In this document: in pieces, positions 18,459 to 28,292 of the stretch
Layout of the letters: every line of letters starts with the position of its first letter
Position numbering within the stretch: position 1 is the first letter of the stretch
Assembly: GCA_965226375.1 (NCBI GenBank)
Contig: CBDDCX010000005.1
Location: forward strand, 32,001 to 96,000
Reading direction: 5' to 3'
DNA length: 64,000 bases
DNA from: Longimicrobiales bacterium
Lineage (GTDB): Bacteria > Gemmatimonadota > Gemmatimonadetes > Longimicrobiales > Gaopeijiaceae
Program-made: the position numbers and the translations under genes
The notes under the pieces: generated by a model
The model's database searches: none
What the model was told of the DNA's origin: nothing
What the model saw: the letters and a program-made list of their open reading frames with translations, nothing else

Positions 18459-19343
18459 ATGAACATCGTAGAAATCTTCGAGCAATTCCCAACCCAGAAA
18501 GACTGCATCAACCACCTCGAAAAGGCCAGATGGGGCGTAAAGCCAAGGTGCCCCTACTGCCAATCGCTGAACACCGCGCCTAGCCAACATCGTCACCGTT
18601 GTTACGAATGCAAAACCTCGTTCAGTGTCACAGTCGGAACGATCTTTCACCACACACACCTACCGCTCCAAAAGTGGTTTCTCGCCATCATGCTCATGCT
18701 GAACGCGAAGAAGGGGCTTTCCGCGCTTCAGCTATCTCGGGATCTCAAGGTCAACAAGAACACGGCGTGGCGGATCACCATGCAAGTCAGAAAGGCCATG
18801 GCACAATCCGAACATCGGAACCTGCTAACGGGCATCGTCGAGATGGACGAGACCTATGTGGGCGGGAAGCCGAGGAGGGGAACCAAAGGCGATAGGCCGG
18901 ACGGCCAGCACACGCGGGGACGCGGCACCAAGAAAGCTCCTGTTGTCGGTGCCGTGGAGCGTGGAGGTAACGTCACAGCTAAGACGGTAGCCAAGGATAA
19001 GCTTAAGGGTCGTCACCTTCGCGCCTTCGTTCGGGCGCGAATCAACACTGAGCGAGCTTGCCTGATAACGGACGAGTACAAGGGCTATCTCGGAATGTCG
19101 AAGGTGCTTCCGCATGCGGTCATCAAGCACTCCGACTGGTATGTGGACGGCGATCTCCACACGAACACGATTGAGGGCTTCTGGGCACTCCTGAAGCGTG
19201 GAATGTTCGGCCAGTTCCACAGCGTCAGCCGAAAGCACCTACAACGCTACATAGACGAATTCTGCTACCGCTACAACCTCCGTGGCGTAGAGCCGGATCA
19301 CAGCTTCTTGCTCACGATAGATCGCGGGCTGGGGGTGGCATGA
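18459..19343 (+). CDS. IS1595-family transposase (Zn ribbon plus ISXO2-like DDE domain)
   Basis: CPYC..CYECKTSFSVTVGTIF, VEMDETYVGG, LITDEYKGY, HTNTIEGFWALLKRG, YIDEFCYRYN. Confidence 0.95.
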   Translation: MNIVEIFEQFPTQKDCINHLEKARWGVKPRCPYCQSLNTAPSQHRHRCYECKTSFSVTVGTIFHHTHLPLQKWFLAIMLMLNAKKGLSALQLSRDLKVNKNTAWRITMQVRKAMAQSEHRNLLTGIVEMDETYVGGKPRRGTKGDRPDGQHTRGRGTKKAPVVGAVERGGNVTAKTVAKDKLKGRHLRAFVRARINTERACLITDEYKGYLGMSKVLPHAVIKHSDWYVDGDLHTNTIEGFWALLKRGMFGQFHSVSRKHLQRYIDEFCYRYNLRGVEPDHSFLLTIDRGLGVA

Positions 19344-20254
19344 TGAGTGACGAGCCGCTGAGAGTCATTGCCGGTGCACCAGATCGACCGCTGATCATAG
19401 GCGAAATCGAGATACCATGCTACGTCCTGGAAGACGAGACTCGTGTCCTTAGCCAGGGAGGATTTGCTCGGGCCATAGGAAGAACAGGCGGCCCGAAAAA
19501 AGGTGCCACAGATGACATCTTCAAACTACCTGTTTTTTTGCAGCCTAGGAACCTTAAACCCTTTATTACCAATGATTTGACCAGCTCTTCAATACCAGTC
19601 CTGTTTCAGGCTACAACTGGCGGTACCGTGGCGATTGGATACCGGGCAGAAATACTACCAGCAGTCTGTGAAGTCTATTTGAAGGCGCAAGATGCCGGAG
19701 CCCTGCGTACATCGCAACAGCACATTGCTGATCGGGCTGAAATCCTCCTGCGCGGTCTCGCGACCGTTGGTATCATCGCGCTGGTCGATGAAGCGACTGG
19801 CTACCAACGAATCAGGGAGAAACGTGCGCTCGCTACCATCCTTGAGAAGTTCATCGCCGAGGACCTTCAGCCTTGGACCCGGACCTTCCCATTTGAATTC
19901 TACGAACAGATTTTCCGCCTAAAGGGTTGGACTGGATCGGCTTCCGCCGAGCGACCGTCAGTAATCGGCCACTACACAAACGATTTCGTCTATAAGCGAT
20001 TGGCCCCAGGGATACTAAAGGAACTTCGTAAACTGAATCCCGTTCAGCCTGATACCAAAGCACGGCGTCACAGACACCACCAATGGTTCACTCCTGATTT
20101 AGGACATCCGAAACTACGGGAGCACTTGGCCGCCGTGCTCGCGCTCATGAAGGCCGCTCCAAACTGGAACAATTTCAAGCGAAGCTTGGCCCGGGCATTC
20201 CCCAAACCTGACCACACAATTGAACTTCTGTTGGACGATGAGGTGAAGGGGTGA
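19340..20254 (+). CDS. P63C-domain protein (IS passenger)
   Basis: IPCYVLEDETRVLSQ, LATVGIIALVDEATGYQ, WTRTFPFEFYEQIFRL, VYKRLAPG, HHQWFT. Confidence 0.85.
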   Translation: MMSDEPLRVIAGAPDRPLIIGEIEIPCYVLEDETRVLSQGGFARAIGRTGGPKKGATDDIFKLPVFLQPRNLKPFITNDLTSSSIPVLFQATTGGTVAIGYRAEILPAVCEVYLKAQDAGALRTSQQHIADRAEILLRGLATVGIIALVDEATGYQRIREKRALATILEKFIAEDLQPWTRTFPFEFYEQIFRLKGWTGSASAERPSVIGHYTNDFVYKRLAPGILKELRKLNPVQPDTKARRHRHHQWFTPDLGHPKLREHLAAVLALMKAAPNWNNFKRSLARAFPKPDHTIELLLDDEVKG

Positions 20255-20422
20255 ATCTGGGAAGACTCGGACAAGCCTGGCGAGCCATATCCTGAAGGCC
20301 AATCTCCATGTTCGTCGAATGTCAAGACCTTAAACTAGGAAATTCCGTTCATTCCGGACCTTTCGGACGGCCGACTCGGCTTGACCGCCCCCACCTGTAG
20401 CCCACGAAGAGAGATCTGATCC

Positions 20423-21682
20423 GTGGCCAAGAAGCAGCAGCCGACATTCCGGGACGTTCCGTACATGGGTGTCATTTACGTCGTGGCCGAAGCGGTGAAG
20501 CTCGGCTTCAGGAATGGCCACCCGGACTGGTGCAATCTTGGCCAAGGACAGCCGGAGATCGGTCCGATCCAGGGAGGGCCGCCGCGCCTCACGTGGATAA
20601 CTCTGGAGCCGCACGATCAAGCCTACGGGCCCGTCGGTGGTATCGCCGAACTCAAGACGGCTGTGGCGGACCACTACAACCGCCTGTACCGCCAAGGCTC
20701 GGACTCGAGGTACAAGAAACAAAACGTCACCATCGCGTCGGGCGGGCGGTTGATGCTGTCCCGGATCTTCGCGGCCCTCGGTGAGGTCCCGGTGGGCTAT
20801 CAGGTGCCGGACTATACGGCGTATGAGGATATGCTGGACTATCACAGCTACCGTCTGAAGCCGGTCCCGGTCCCCACTACGCCCGCCGAGGGCTTCAAGC
20901 TCTCACCGGAAGCCTTGGGACAGGCGATGACCAAAGGAAAGCTGCGGGCTTTCCTCATGAGCAATCCGTGTAACCCGACCGGGCAGGTGATCAGGGACGC
21001 CCAACTCGAGGCTTATGTGAACGTGGCCCGGAAGCAGAAGTGTGCGCTCATCTTCGACGAGTTCTACTCGCACTTCATCTACGGTGAGGGGGGCGAGGTG
21101 GCGGATGGCCCCGTCTCGGCCGCCAAGTATGTGCGCCACGTGGAGAAAGATCAGGTCTTACTGGTGGACGGCCTCACCAAGAGCTTCCGATATCCCGGAT
21201 GGCGCTTGGGTTGGGCTCTGGGGCCGTCTGATATTATCGAGAACATCGACCGGGCCGCCAGCGCGATCGATGGAGGACCGAGCCTCCCGGCCCAGCGTCT
21301 CGCCATCAAGGCTCTAGAGCCGGGGAGAGCCGATCAGGAGACCGAGGCCGTACGCAGCGTGTTCGCGAGGAAGCGAAACTTGATGCTCGAAGGACTTCGC
21401 GGCATGGGCATCGAATGCGAGCACGAGCCCTCGGGCACGTTCTACGTGTGGGCGAATATCGGTAGCTTACCCAAGCCTTTCAATGATGCCGACGAGTTCT
21501 TTCGAGCGGCTTTGGCAAAGAAGGTGCTGACTGTTCCGGGGCGGTTCTTCGATGTGAACCCAGGTGGAATCAAGCCGGTGAACAAGGACCTCAAGAAGTG
21601 GGTCCGTTTCTCCTTCGGTCCGCCTGAGGCCAAGGTTCGCATGGGGTTGGAGCGCCTCGAGGAGATGCTTCAGGGCGACTAG
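20423..21682 (+). CDS. PLP-dependent aminotransferase class I/II
   Basis: NLGQGQPE, SNPCNPTG, DEFY, GLTKSFRYPGWRLGW (PLP Lys), VRFSFG. Confidence 0.92.
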   Translation: MAKKQQPTFRDVPYMGVIYVVAEAVKLGFRNGHPDWCNLGQGQPEIGPIQGGPPRLTWITLEPHDQAYGPVGGIAELKTAVADHYNRLYRQGSDSRYKKQNVTIASGGRLMLSRIFAALGEVPVGYQVPDYTAYEDMLDYHSYRLKPVPVPTTPAEGFKLSPEALGQAMTKGKLRAFLMSNPCNPTGQVIRDAQLEAYVNVARKQKCALIFDEFYSHFIYGEGGEVADGPVSAAKYVRHVEKDQVLLVDGLTKSFRYPGWRLGWALGPSDIIENIDRAASAIDGGPSLPAQRLAIKALEPGRADQETEAVRSVFARKRNLMLEGLRGMGIECEHEPSGTFYVWANIGSLPKPFNDADEFFRAALAKKVLTVPGRFFDVNPGGIKPVNKDLKKWVRFSFGPPEAKVRMGLERLEEMLQGD

Positions 21683-21728
21683 TGGCTTCTAGGGCCGGGC
21701 AGTTTTCACGCGACGAGTCGGAGGACCC

Positions 21729-22748
21729 ATGGCGCACCCGCGAGGCGCCGGTTGGCGAGATGAGGCCGCTGCAGGACTCATGGCCAAGACACTCTCCGCT
21801 GTCGGCGTCGAGGGAGATGTACTCGTCATGCTCGAGGGGTGTGATGAGGTGGCCGATGCTGTGCGTGCGTCCGGCGGAACACCTCATTCCTGGCACAGGA
21901 CGGCACTCGGCGGCCGTGCTGCCACCCCATGGCCTGACGCCGGACCGTTCGAGGCCGCGACTCTCAGGCTTCCGAAGGCGAAAGACGAGCTTGAGATGGC
22001 CGTTCATGCGGCCGCCGCTTCCCTCCGGGCGGGTGGGCTCCTTTGGGTGTACGGGGCCAACGACGAGGGGGCCGGCTCCGCAGAGGGGCGGATCGAACTG
22101 GTGATGGGCTCGTCGACCACGATCGCCACAGGGGGGCGCTGCAGGGTCGTCGAGTCCGTATGTCCCGATCGGGTGTCACGGTCGATGAACACCCTGGAGG
22201 CGTGGCAGCGTTCGTCTCCCCTGAACATCGCCCACCTCCCGGACAGCTGGATCTCGTATCCGGGCGTCTTCGCGCATGGCCGAGTCGACGCGGGGACCCG
22301 GGCTCTCATGGAAACGATTCCGTTGCTTACCGCAGAGACGCGAGTGCTCGACTTCGCCTGTGGGTCCGGACTCCTGGGCGCGTTCGTGTCGGCGCGTGAG
22401 CCCGGGGTCTCAGTAGACTTTCTCGACGCCGACACTGTGGCACTCGAGGCGGTCGAATTGAACCTTCCCGGTGCCCGTACGATCCTGTCCGACGGGCTCA
22501 GCGAGGTAGGGGACCGGCGCTACGACCTGATTGTCAGCAACCCTCCGTACCATGAAGGGAAGGGCGAGACGGGTCGGGTTCTGGAGGAGCTGGCAAGCGG
22601 TGCTCCGGCACACCTGACCGAAAAGGGCACGCTCTTGCTCGTGACCCAGCGGCGCCTTCCGATCCGGTCTCATCTGGAGGCGGCCTTCGACATCGTCGAG
22701 GCGGTCCTGGATGATGGGCCCCACCGGATCTGGCGCGCGGAGCTGTAG
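21729..22748 (+). CDS. Class I SAM methyltransferase, RsmC-like
   Basis: LRLPKAK, PGVFAHGRVDAGT, VLDFACGSG, IVSNPPYH. Confidence 0.8.
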   Translation: MAHPRGAGWRDEAAAGLMAKTLSAVGVEGDVLVMLEGCDEVADAVRASGGTPHSWHRTALGGRAATPWPDAGPFEAATLRLPKAKDELEMAVHAAAASLRAGGLLWVYGANDEGAGSAEGRIELVMGSSTTIATGGRCRVVESVCPDRVSRSMNTLEAWQRSSPLNIAHLPDSWISYPGVFAHGRVDAGTRALMETIPLLTAETRVLDFACGSGLLGAFVSAREPGVSVDFLDADTVALEAVELNLPGARTILSDGLSEVGDRRYDLIVSNPPYHEGKGETGRVLEELASGAPAHLTEKGTLLLVTQRRLPIRSHLEAAFDIVEAVLDDGPHRIWRAEL

Positions 22749-22944
22749 GTGTCGCAGAAGCGTAACCTTTGCGCAGGCCGTGGGTAGCCTCCAACGTCCC
22801 AAACCGATCTCGCCAGGCCCGCCACGCTCGCGTGGTCGTCTTCTACATGGAGGAGCGCGCTTGCCTTCGGGCGTCCGAAGCCGGCTGGCCCGCACCCTGC
22901 GCTTCCGTCGTCGCCGATGGATCCCCCGTTCCGTCCCTGCGGCG

Positions 22945-23094
22945 TGGCATCATGCGGTGGAGCGGAACGGTGAGGTGAGCGTTCAGCCTGTGCGAGAGAT
23001 CACGTTCGAGGCGGGGGACGGCCTCGTATTGTTCGCTTGCCAGGACCGCGTCTTGGAGGTGGTTTCGCGCAACCTGACGGGGGCCACGAACTGA
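22945..23094 (+). pseudogene. Possible RCK_C/TrkA_C gene remnant
   Basis: Fragment AVERNGEVSVQPVREITFEAGDGLVLFA..LEVV resembles the end of a TrkA_C domain; no credible in-frame start. Confidence 0.3.
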
Positions 23095-23182
23095 GCCCTC
23101 TCGCCACCTTGCGGAATCCCTGGTGTACCCGCATTCATGGTCGCTTAATTCGCCGCATCCACCGACCTGAAAGGTCCTGAGC

Positions 23183-24985
23183 GTGGAACCAACGGACATA
23201 GCAGATCCGCAGTATTACCACAAAGTCGTCGACTGCCAGTGGGCGTGTCCGGCACATACGCCCGTGCCCGAGTATATCCGCTTGATCGCAGAGGGGCGCT
23301 TCACCGAGTCGTACATGCTCAACCGCGACTCGAACGTCTTCCCGGGCATCTTGGGAAGGACGTGTGACCGGCCCTGTGAGCCTGCCTGTCGGCGGGTTCG
23401 CGTCGAGGACGAACCAGTGGCCATCTGCCGTCTCAAGCGGGTGGCGTCCGACCTGAGAGGCGACGTGTCGGACTTGCTCCCCAAGGCGCCCGAGGCCAAG
23501 AACGGCAAGCGAGTGGCTCTGATCGGTGCCGGCCCGGCCTCGTTGACGGTGGCGAACGACCTCATGCAGATCGGCTATGAGTGTGTCCTGTACGAGAAGA
23601 TGGATCGGCCCGGTGGACTCATGCGGACCAACATCCCCTCGTTCAGGCTACCGGCCGATGTCCTGAATGAAGAGATCGCCGCCGTTCTCGACATGGGTGT
23701 GGAGGTCCATTACAGCCACCCCGTGGAGAGCCTGAAGACCTTCCTGGACGACGAAGACTTCGATGCTGTTTTCATCGGCACGGGAGCGCCCAAGGGTAAG
23801 GAGCTCGGCATCCCGGGGAGGGAGGAGGCCGACGCCAATATCCACATAGGCATCGAGTGGCTCGAGTCGGTCCACTTCGAGCACATCGAGTCGATCGGCG
23901 AGCGGGTTCTGGTCATCGGGGTCGGCAATACCGCCATGGATTGCTGCCGCACATCGAAGCGGATCGGTGGCAAGGACGTCAAGGTCGTGGCCCGGAAGAG
24001 TCGCCCCTACTTCAAGGCATCCGCGTGGGAACTCGAGGATGCCGAGGAAGAGGTAATCGAGATTGTAGAGGACCACTCTCCGGCGCGCTTCGTTCTGGAA
24101 GACGGTCGTCTGGTGGGGATGGAATTCGACATCGTCGAGTGGCATCCGGACGACTCGGGGCGGCTCGTGGCCACCAAACTCGACAGCATCGTCATTCCCT
24201 GTGATGACGTCATCCTCGCCATCGGCCAGGACAACGCCTTCCCCTGGATCGAGCGTGACATCGGAATCGAGTTCGGGGAGTGGGACATGCCCGTGGTGGA
24301 CCGAACCACGTTCCAGACGACGCGAGACGGCGTTTTCATGGGCGGGGATGCGGCCTGGGGACCGGAAAACATCATCTGGGCCGTAGAGCACGGACATCAG
24401 GCCGCGATCTCCATTCACAACCACTGCCAAGGTACACCCCTCACGGAGCGTCCCGAGTATGGTATGACCCTGGTCTCCCAGAAGATGGGACTCCACTCGT
24501 GGAGCTACGGGAGTGACTACGACCCGGCCTTGCGCTCCAAGATGAACCACGTCGACCTCGTGGAGCGCTTCAAGGCGCTCGAAGTCGAGGTCGAGTTGGG
24601 GTTCGATCCGGAGCAGACCGCCGTCGAGGTCGCGCGCTGTCTGAACTGCGACATTCAGACCGATTTTACGGCCAAGCTGTGCATCGAGTGCGATGCGTGC
24701 ATCGACGTGTGTCCCGTGTACTGCCTTACCATCACCCACGATGGCGAGGAGGACGAGCTGAGGACCCGCCTCACCGCCCCTGCGGACAACCTGGATCAGG
24801 ACCTCTACGTGTCCGAAGGACTCCCCCAGACCGCTCGTGTCATGGTCAAGGACGAAGACCTTTGTGTGCACTGCGGGCTATGCGCCGAGCGTTGCCCCAC
24901 GGCCGCATGGGACATGCAAAAGTTCGATCTACTGATCCCCTACGCAGGAAAACCGACTAGGACGGAGACACTCGAGCCCGTATGA
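23183..24985 (+). CDS. GltD/SudA-like FAD/NAD(P)H Fe-S oxidoreductase with C-terminal 2x[4Fe-4S] ferredoxin
   Basis: CQWACP, CDRPCEPAC, IGAGPAS, GVGNTAMDC, CIECDACIDVCP, CVHCGLCAERCP. Confidence 0.9.
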   Translation: MEPTDIADPQYYHKVVDCQWACPAHTPVPEYIRLIAEGRFTESYMLNRDSNVFPGILGRTCDRPCEPACRRVRVEDEPVAICRLKRVASDLRGDVSDLLPKAPEAKNGKRVALIGAGPASLTVANDLMQIGYECVLYEKMDRPGGLMRTNIPSFRLPADVLNEEIAAVLDMGVEVHYSHPVESLKTFLDDEDFDAVFIGTGAPKGKELGIPGREEADANIHIGIEWLESVHFEHIESIGERVLVIGVGNTAMDCCRTSKRIGGKDVKVVARKSRPYFKASAWELEDAEEEVIEIVEDHSPARFVLEDGRLVGMEFDIVEWHPDDSGRLVATKLDSIVIPCDDVILAIGQDNAFPWIERDIGIEFGEWDMPVVDRTTFQTTRDGVFMGGDAAWGPENIIWAVEHGHQAAISIHNHCQGTPLTERPEYGMTLVSQKMGLHSWSYGSDYDPALRSKMNHVDLVERFKALEVEVELGFDPEQTAVEVARCLNCDIQTDFTAKLCIECDACIDVCPVYCLTITHDGEEDELRTRLTAPADNLDQDLYVSEGLPQTARVMVKDEDLCVHCGLCAERCPTAAWDMQKFDLLIPYAGKPTRTETLEPV

Positions 24986-26781
24986 ACGACTTCGCTCTGA
25001 AGATCGCTACGGTCAACGGTACGGGATCCGCCAGCGCCAACGGCCTGCTCATGCAGGCGGTGTTCCGCATGGGGGTCCCGGTTTCGGGAAAGAACGTGTT
25101 CCCGTCGAACATCCAAGGGCTGCCCACCTGGTACGAGATCCGGATCAACAAGGACGGGTACGATGCCCGGGCGGCCCACTTTGACGTCATGGTCGCCATG
25201 AACCCGAAGACGTACGAACAGGACGTCGCCGAGGTCCGGGCGGGGGGGTTCGTCGTCTACGACTCGACCCGGCCTCTGGACGAGGAACTGATGCGGGACG
25301 ACGTCACGTTTCTCGGCGTGCCGGTGGCCAAGATGTGCGTCGAGAATTTCCAGGGCGCGCGAGAGCGGCTCCTCATGACGAATATCGCTTATGTGGGTAC
25401 GCTGGTGGCTCTCCTCGACATCGATACCGAGGTAGTCGACGAACTGCTCAACGAGAAGTTCTCGGCCAAGCCCAAGCTCATGGAGTCGAACGAGGTCGCG
25501 ATCCGCCTCGGATACGAGTATGCGAAGGAGCACTTCGAGTGTCCGCTTCCGGTCCACCTCGAGACCATGGACGGCACCGGGGACTGCGTGCTCATCACGG
25601 GGAATGCGGCGGCGGCTTTGGGCTGCGTCTACGCGGGGGCTACGGTAGGAGCCTGGTATCCCATCACGCCGGCCACGTCGGTCATGGACTCGTTCAAGGC
25701 CTACTGTAGTCGCTTCCGTCAGGATCCGGAGACGGGAAAGAACCTCTACTGCATCATTCAGGCGGAAGACGAGTTGGCGGCCATCGGAATCGTGCTGGGC
25801 GCTTCCTGGATGGGAGCCAGGGCGTTCACGCCCACGAGCGGCGCGGGCATCTCGCTCATGAACGAGTTCATCGGCCTGGCCTACTACGCCGAGGTACCTG
25901 CGGTCCTGTTCGATATTCAGCGAACGGGTCCGTCCACGGGCATGCCCACGCGGACTCAACAGGGGGACTTCTTCGAGGTCGTATACGCGTCGCACGGTGA
26001 TACCAAACATGTGGCCCTATTCCCCGCGGAGCCCGGGGAGTGCTTCTACATGTCCGTCGAAGCTTTCGATCTCGCCGAGCGCTTTCAGACACCCGTGTTC
26101 GTCGTCTCGGATCTCGACATCGGGATGAACGACTGGATGTGCAAGCGGCTCGAGTGGGATGACGACTACGTACCCGACCGGGGTAAGGTGTTGTCCGCAT
26201 CAGACATCGAGGGTCTCGAGAAGTTCTATCGCTACATGGACGTCGACGGAGACGGTATCCCCTATCGCACGCTGCCGGGTGTGCATCCGGACGGGGCCTA
26301 TTTCACGCGTGGATCGGGGCACGACCGCTTCGGGCGCTACACGGAAGACGGTGATCTCTACAAGGAGGTAGTGGACCGCATCGCCCGCAAGATCGACTCA
26401 GCGGCTGCATACGTGCCGAAACCCGAGGTCCGGGTGGTGGAGGGCGCGCGAGTCAGCATCGTTACCGTGGGCAGTTGCCGCGGAGCCGTCTTGGAGGCCG
26501 TCGATCGGCTGGCCGCCGAGGGTGTCGGACTGGACTACATGCGGGTGAAGGCGTTCCCGTTCCATGACTCCATCGAGGCATTCCTGGATGCGCACGACAC
26601 GAACATCGTGGTGGAGCAGAACCGCGACGCGCAGCTGCTTCGCCTGCTGGCCCTGGAGACAGGGATCGAGAAGGGCAAGCTCGCGTCTGTGAGAGACTAC
26701 CGTGGCTTTCCCTTGACCGCCGATTTCGTGGTGGACGGCGTCAAGGAGCAACTGGGACTCATCCCGACGGAAGTCGGGTAG
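24982..26781 (+). CDS. korA: 2-oxoacid:ferredoxin oxidoreductase alpha subunit (gamma-alpha fusion)
   Basis: FPSNIQG, WYPITPAT, QAEDELAA, QRTGPSTGMPT. Confidence 0.92.
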   Translation: MNDFALKIATVNGTGSASANGLLMQAVFRMGVPVSGKNVFPSNIQGLPTWYEIRINKDGYDARAAHFDVMVAMNPKTYEQDVAEVRAGGFVVYDSTRPLDEELMRDDVTFLGVPVAKMCVENFQGARERLLMTNIAYVGTLVALLDIDTEVVDELLNEKFSAKPKLMESNEVAIRLGYEYAKEHFECPLPVHLETMDGTGDCVLITGNAAAALGCVYAGATVGAWYPITPATSVMDSFKAYCSRFRQDPETGKNLYCIIQAEDELAAIGIVLGASWMGARAFTPTSGAGISLMNEFIGLAYYAEVPAVLFDIQRTGPSTGMPTRTQQGDFFEVVYASHGDTKHVALFPAEPGECFYMSVEAFDLAERFQTPVFVVSDLDIGMNDWMCKRLEWDDDYVPDRGKVLSASDIEGLEKFYRYMDVDGDGIPYRTLPGVHPDGAYFTRGSGHDRFGRYTEDGDLYKEVVDRIARKIDSAAAYVPKPEVRVVEGARVSIVTVGSCRGAVLEAVDRLAAEGVGLDYMRVKAFPFHDSIEAFLDAHDTNIVVEQNRDAQLLRLLALETGIEKGKLASVRDYRGFPLTADFVVDGVKEQLGLIPTEVG

Positions 26782-26789
26782 GAGCGTTC

Positions 26790-27845
26790 ATGGCACAGAC
26801 AGCGAAACCGACGGTGCGCCACCCGCGCCTTCGCAAGAATGCCCTTGGCATGACGCAGCGCGACTACGAAGGAAGCATGTCGACGCTGTGCGCCGGCTGC
26901 GGGCACGACTCGATCACGGCGGCCATCGTCCAGACGTTCTTCGAGTTGGACATTGAGCCGCACCGGGTCGCCAAGCTCAGCGGAATCGGCTGTTCGTCCA
27001 AGACGCCGGCGTACTTCCTGAGCGAGGCGCACGGGTTTAACTCGGTACACGGACGTATGCCATCCATCGCCACGGGGGCCAACGCCGCGAACCGGGAGTT
27101 GGTTTACATCGGCATTTCGGGTGACGGGGACTCCCTCTCCATCGGACTGGGACAACTGTGTCACGCCATGCGGCGCAATGTGGACATGACCTACGTGCTG
27201 GAGAACAACGGAGTCTACGGCCTCACCAAGGGGCAGTTCTCGGCGTCCGCGGACGTCGGCACCCTGTCCAAGCGGGGTTTGGAAAACAGGATGTACCCCA
27301 TCGATCCGGTCTCGCTGGCGCTCACCTTGGGTGCGACCTTCGTGGCGCGCGGCTTCTCGGGTGACAAGCCCCAACTCGTGCCGCTTCTCAAGGCCGCGCT
27401 CAAGCACCGGGGCTTCGCGCTGCTGGACGTCATCTCCCCGTGTGTGACCTTCAACGACCACGAGGGCTCCACCAAGAGCTACGCCCACACGCGCGACCAC
27501 AGCACCGAAGTGGTGGAAACAGACTTCGTGCCCCTCCGAAGCGAGATCACGGCCGAGCAGAAAAAGGGCTCGGTCACGGCCGTCATGATGCACGATGGAA
27601 GCACGGTCCGTTTCCGCTCTGTGGCCGAAGGATATGATCCTACGGACCGTAACGCGGCGTACAACCACCTGAGAGAGGTGCAGGGCCGTGGTGAGGTCCC
27701 TACCGGGCTGCTGTATATCGAGCCCAGTGGACAGGACATGCATGCCTTCGAGGAGACGGTGGACGAGGCCCTCTCCGCCGTGCCCTACGATAAGTTATGC
27801 CCGGGGAGCGAGGCGCTGGACAAGCTGCAGGCGCGCTGGCGGTAG
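26790..27845 (+). CDS. korB: 2-oxoacid:ferredoxin oxidoreductase beta subunit
   Basis: CAGCGH, SGIGCSS, HGR, GDGD..NNGVYGLTKGQ, SPCVTFN. Confidence 0.92.
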   Translation: MAQTAKPTVRHPRLRKNALGMTQRDYEGSMSTLCAGCGHDSITAAIVQTFFELDIEPHRVAKLSGIGCSSKTPAYFLSEAHGFNSVHGRMPSIATGANAANRELVYIGISGDGDSLSIGLGQLCHAMRRNVDMTYVLENNGVYGLTKGQFSASADVGTLSKRGLENRMYPIDPVSLALTLGATFVARGFSGDKPQLVPLLKAALKHRGFALLDVISPCVTFNDHEGSTKSYAHTRDHSTEVVETDFVPLRSEITAEQKKGSVTAVMMHDGSTVRFRSVAEGYDPTDRNAAYNHLREVQGRGEVPTGLLYIEPSGQDMHAFEETVDEALSAVPYDKLCPGSEALDKLQARWR

Positions 27846-27898
27846 TCAACACTTGACATGGATGATGTGGAATCTATCTGCCTCTCGCCTAGATGCAA

Positions 27899-27927
27899 TT
27901 GACATACAGCTGGATACGGGCTAGCCT
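27899..27927 (+). promoter_or_regulatory. sigma70-type promoter, probably leaderless padR transcript
   Basis: TTGACA (27899-27904), 17 bp, TAGCCT (27922-27927), ATG 6 nt later with no SD; a second TTGACA at 27853. Confidence 0.55.
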
Positions 27928-27933
27928 TTCCTC

Positions 27934-28281
27934 ATGACCGATTCACGCAGCCCAACGGATTGGCTCCCCCTGAACCCGAGGGTCTTCGCCATTCTCATGG
28001 CACTGTCCGAGGGTGAGGCCCACGGATATCGGATCAAACAGTCCGTGGAGGAGCACTCCGCTGGGACGATGCGCCTCGATCCGGGCTCTCTCTATCGGAG
28101 CATTGCTCGGCTGGTCGACGACGGGTGGATCCTCGAGTCCGAGGATCCACCCGACTCCGGTTCGGACGACGCACGCCGCCGCTACTACGGCTTGACGGCA
28201 CTCGGCCGGGCCGTTCTGTCGGCGGAGGCGACCCGGCTCGCCGGCCTGGTCGACACGGCCCGGGCCCTCAACCTGGTCTGA
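27934..28281 (+). CDS. PadR-family transcriptional regulator
   Basis: ILMALSEGEAHGYRI, PGSLYRSIARL, RRRYYGLTALGR. Confidence 0.92.
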   Translation: MTDSRSPTDWLPLNPRVFAILMALSEGEAHGYRIKQSVEEHSAGTMRLDPGSLYRSIARLVDDGWILESEDPPDSGSDDARRRYYGLTALGRAVLSAEATRLAGLVDTARALNLV

Positions 28282-28292
28282 GGAGCGGTCGG

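Larger units (their letters stand above)
18372..20347 (+). mobile_element. IS1595-family element with passenger gene (1976 bp)
   Basis: Perfect 25-bp TIR cggaatttcctagtttaaggtcttg (18372-18396 / 20323-20347); 8-bp target duplication TTCATTCC (18364-18371 / 20348-20355); visibly lower GC. Confidence 0.96.

Noticed and set aside
23183..27845. GltD-like plus korAB as a novel system
   Set aside because: This three-gene arrangement is familiar from other bacteria; substrate specificity cannot be read from sequence.
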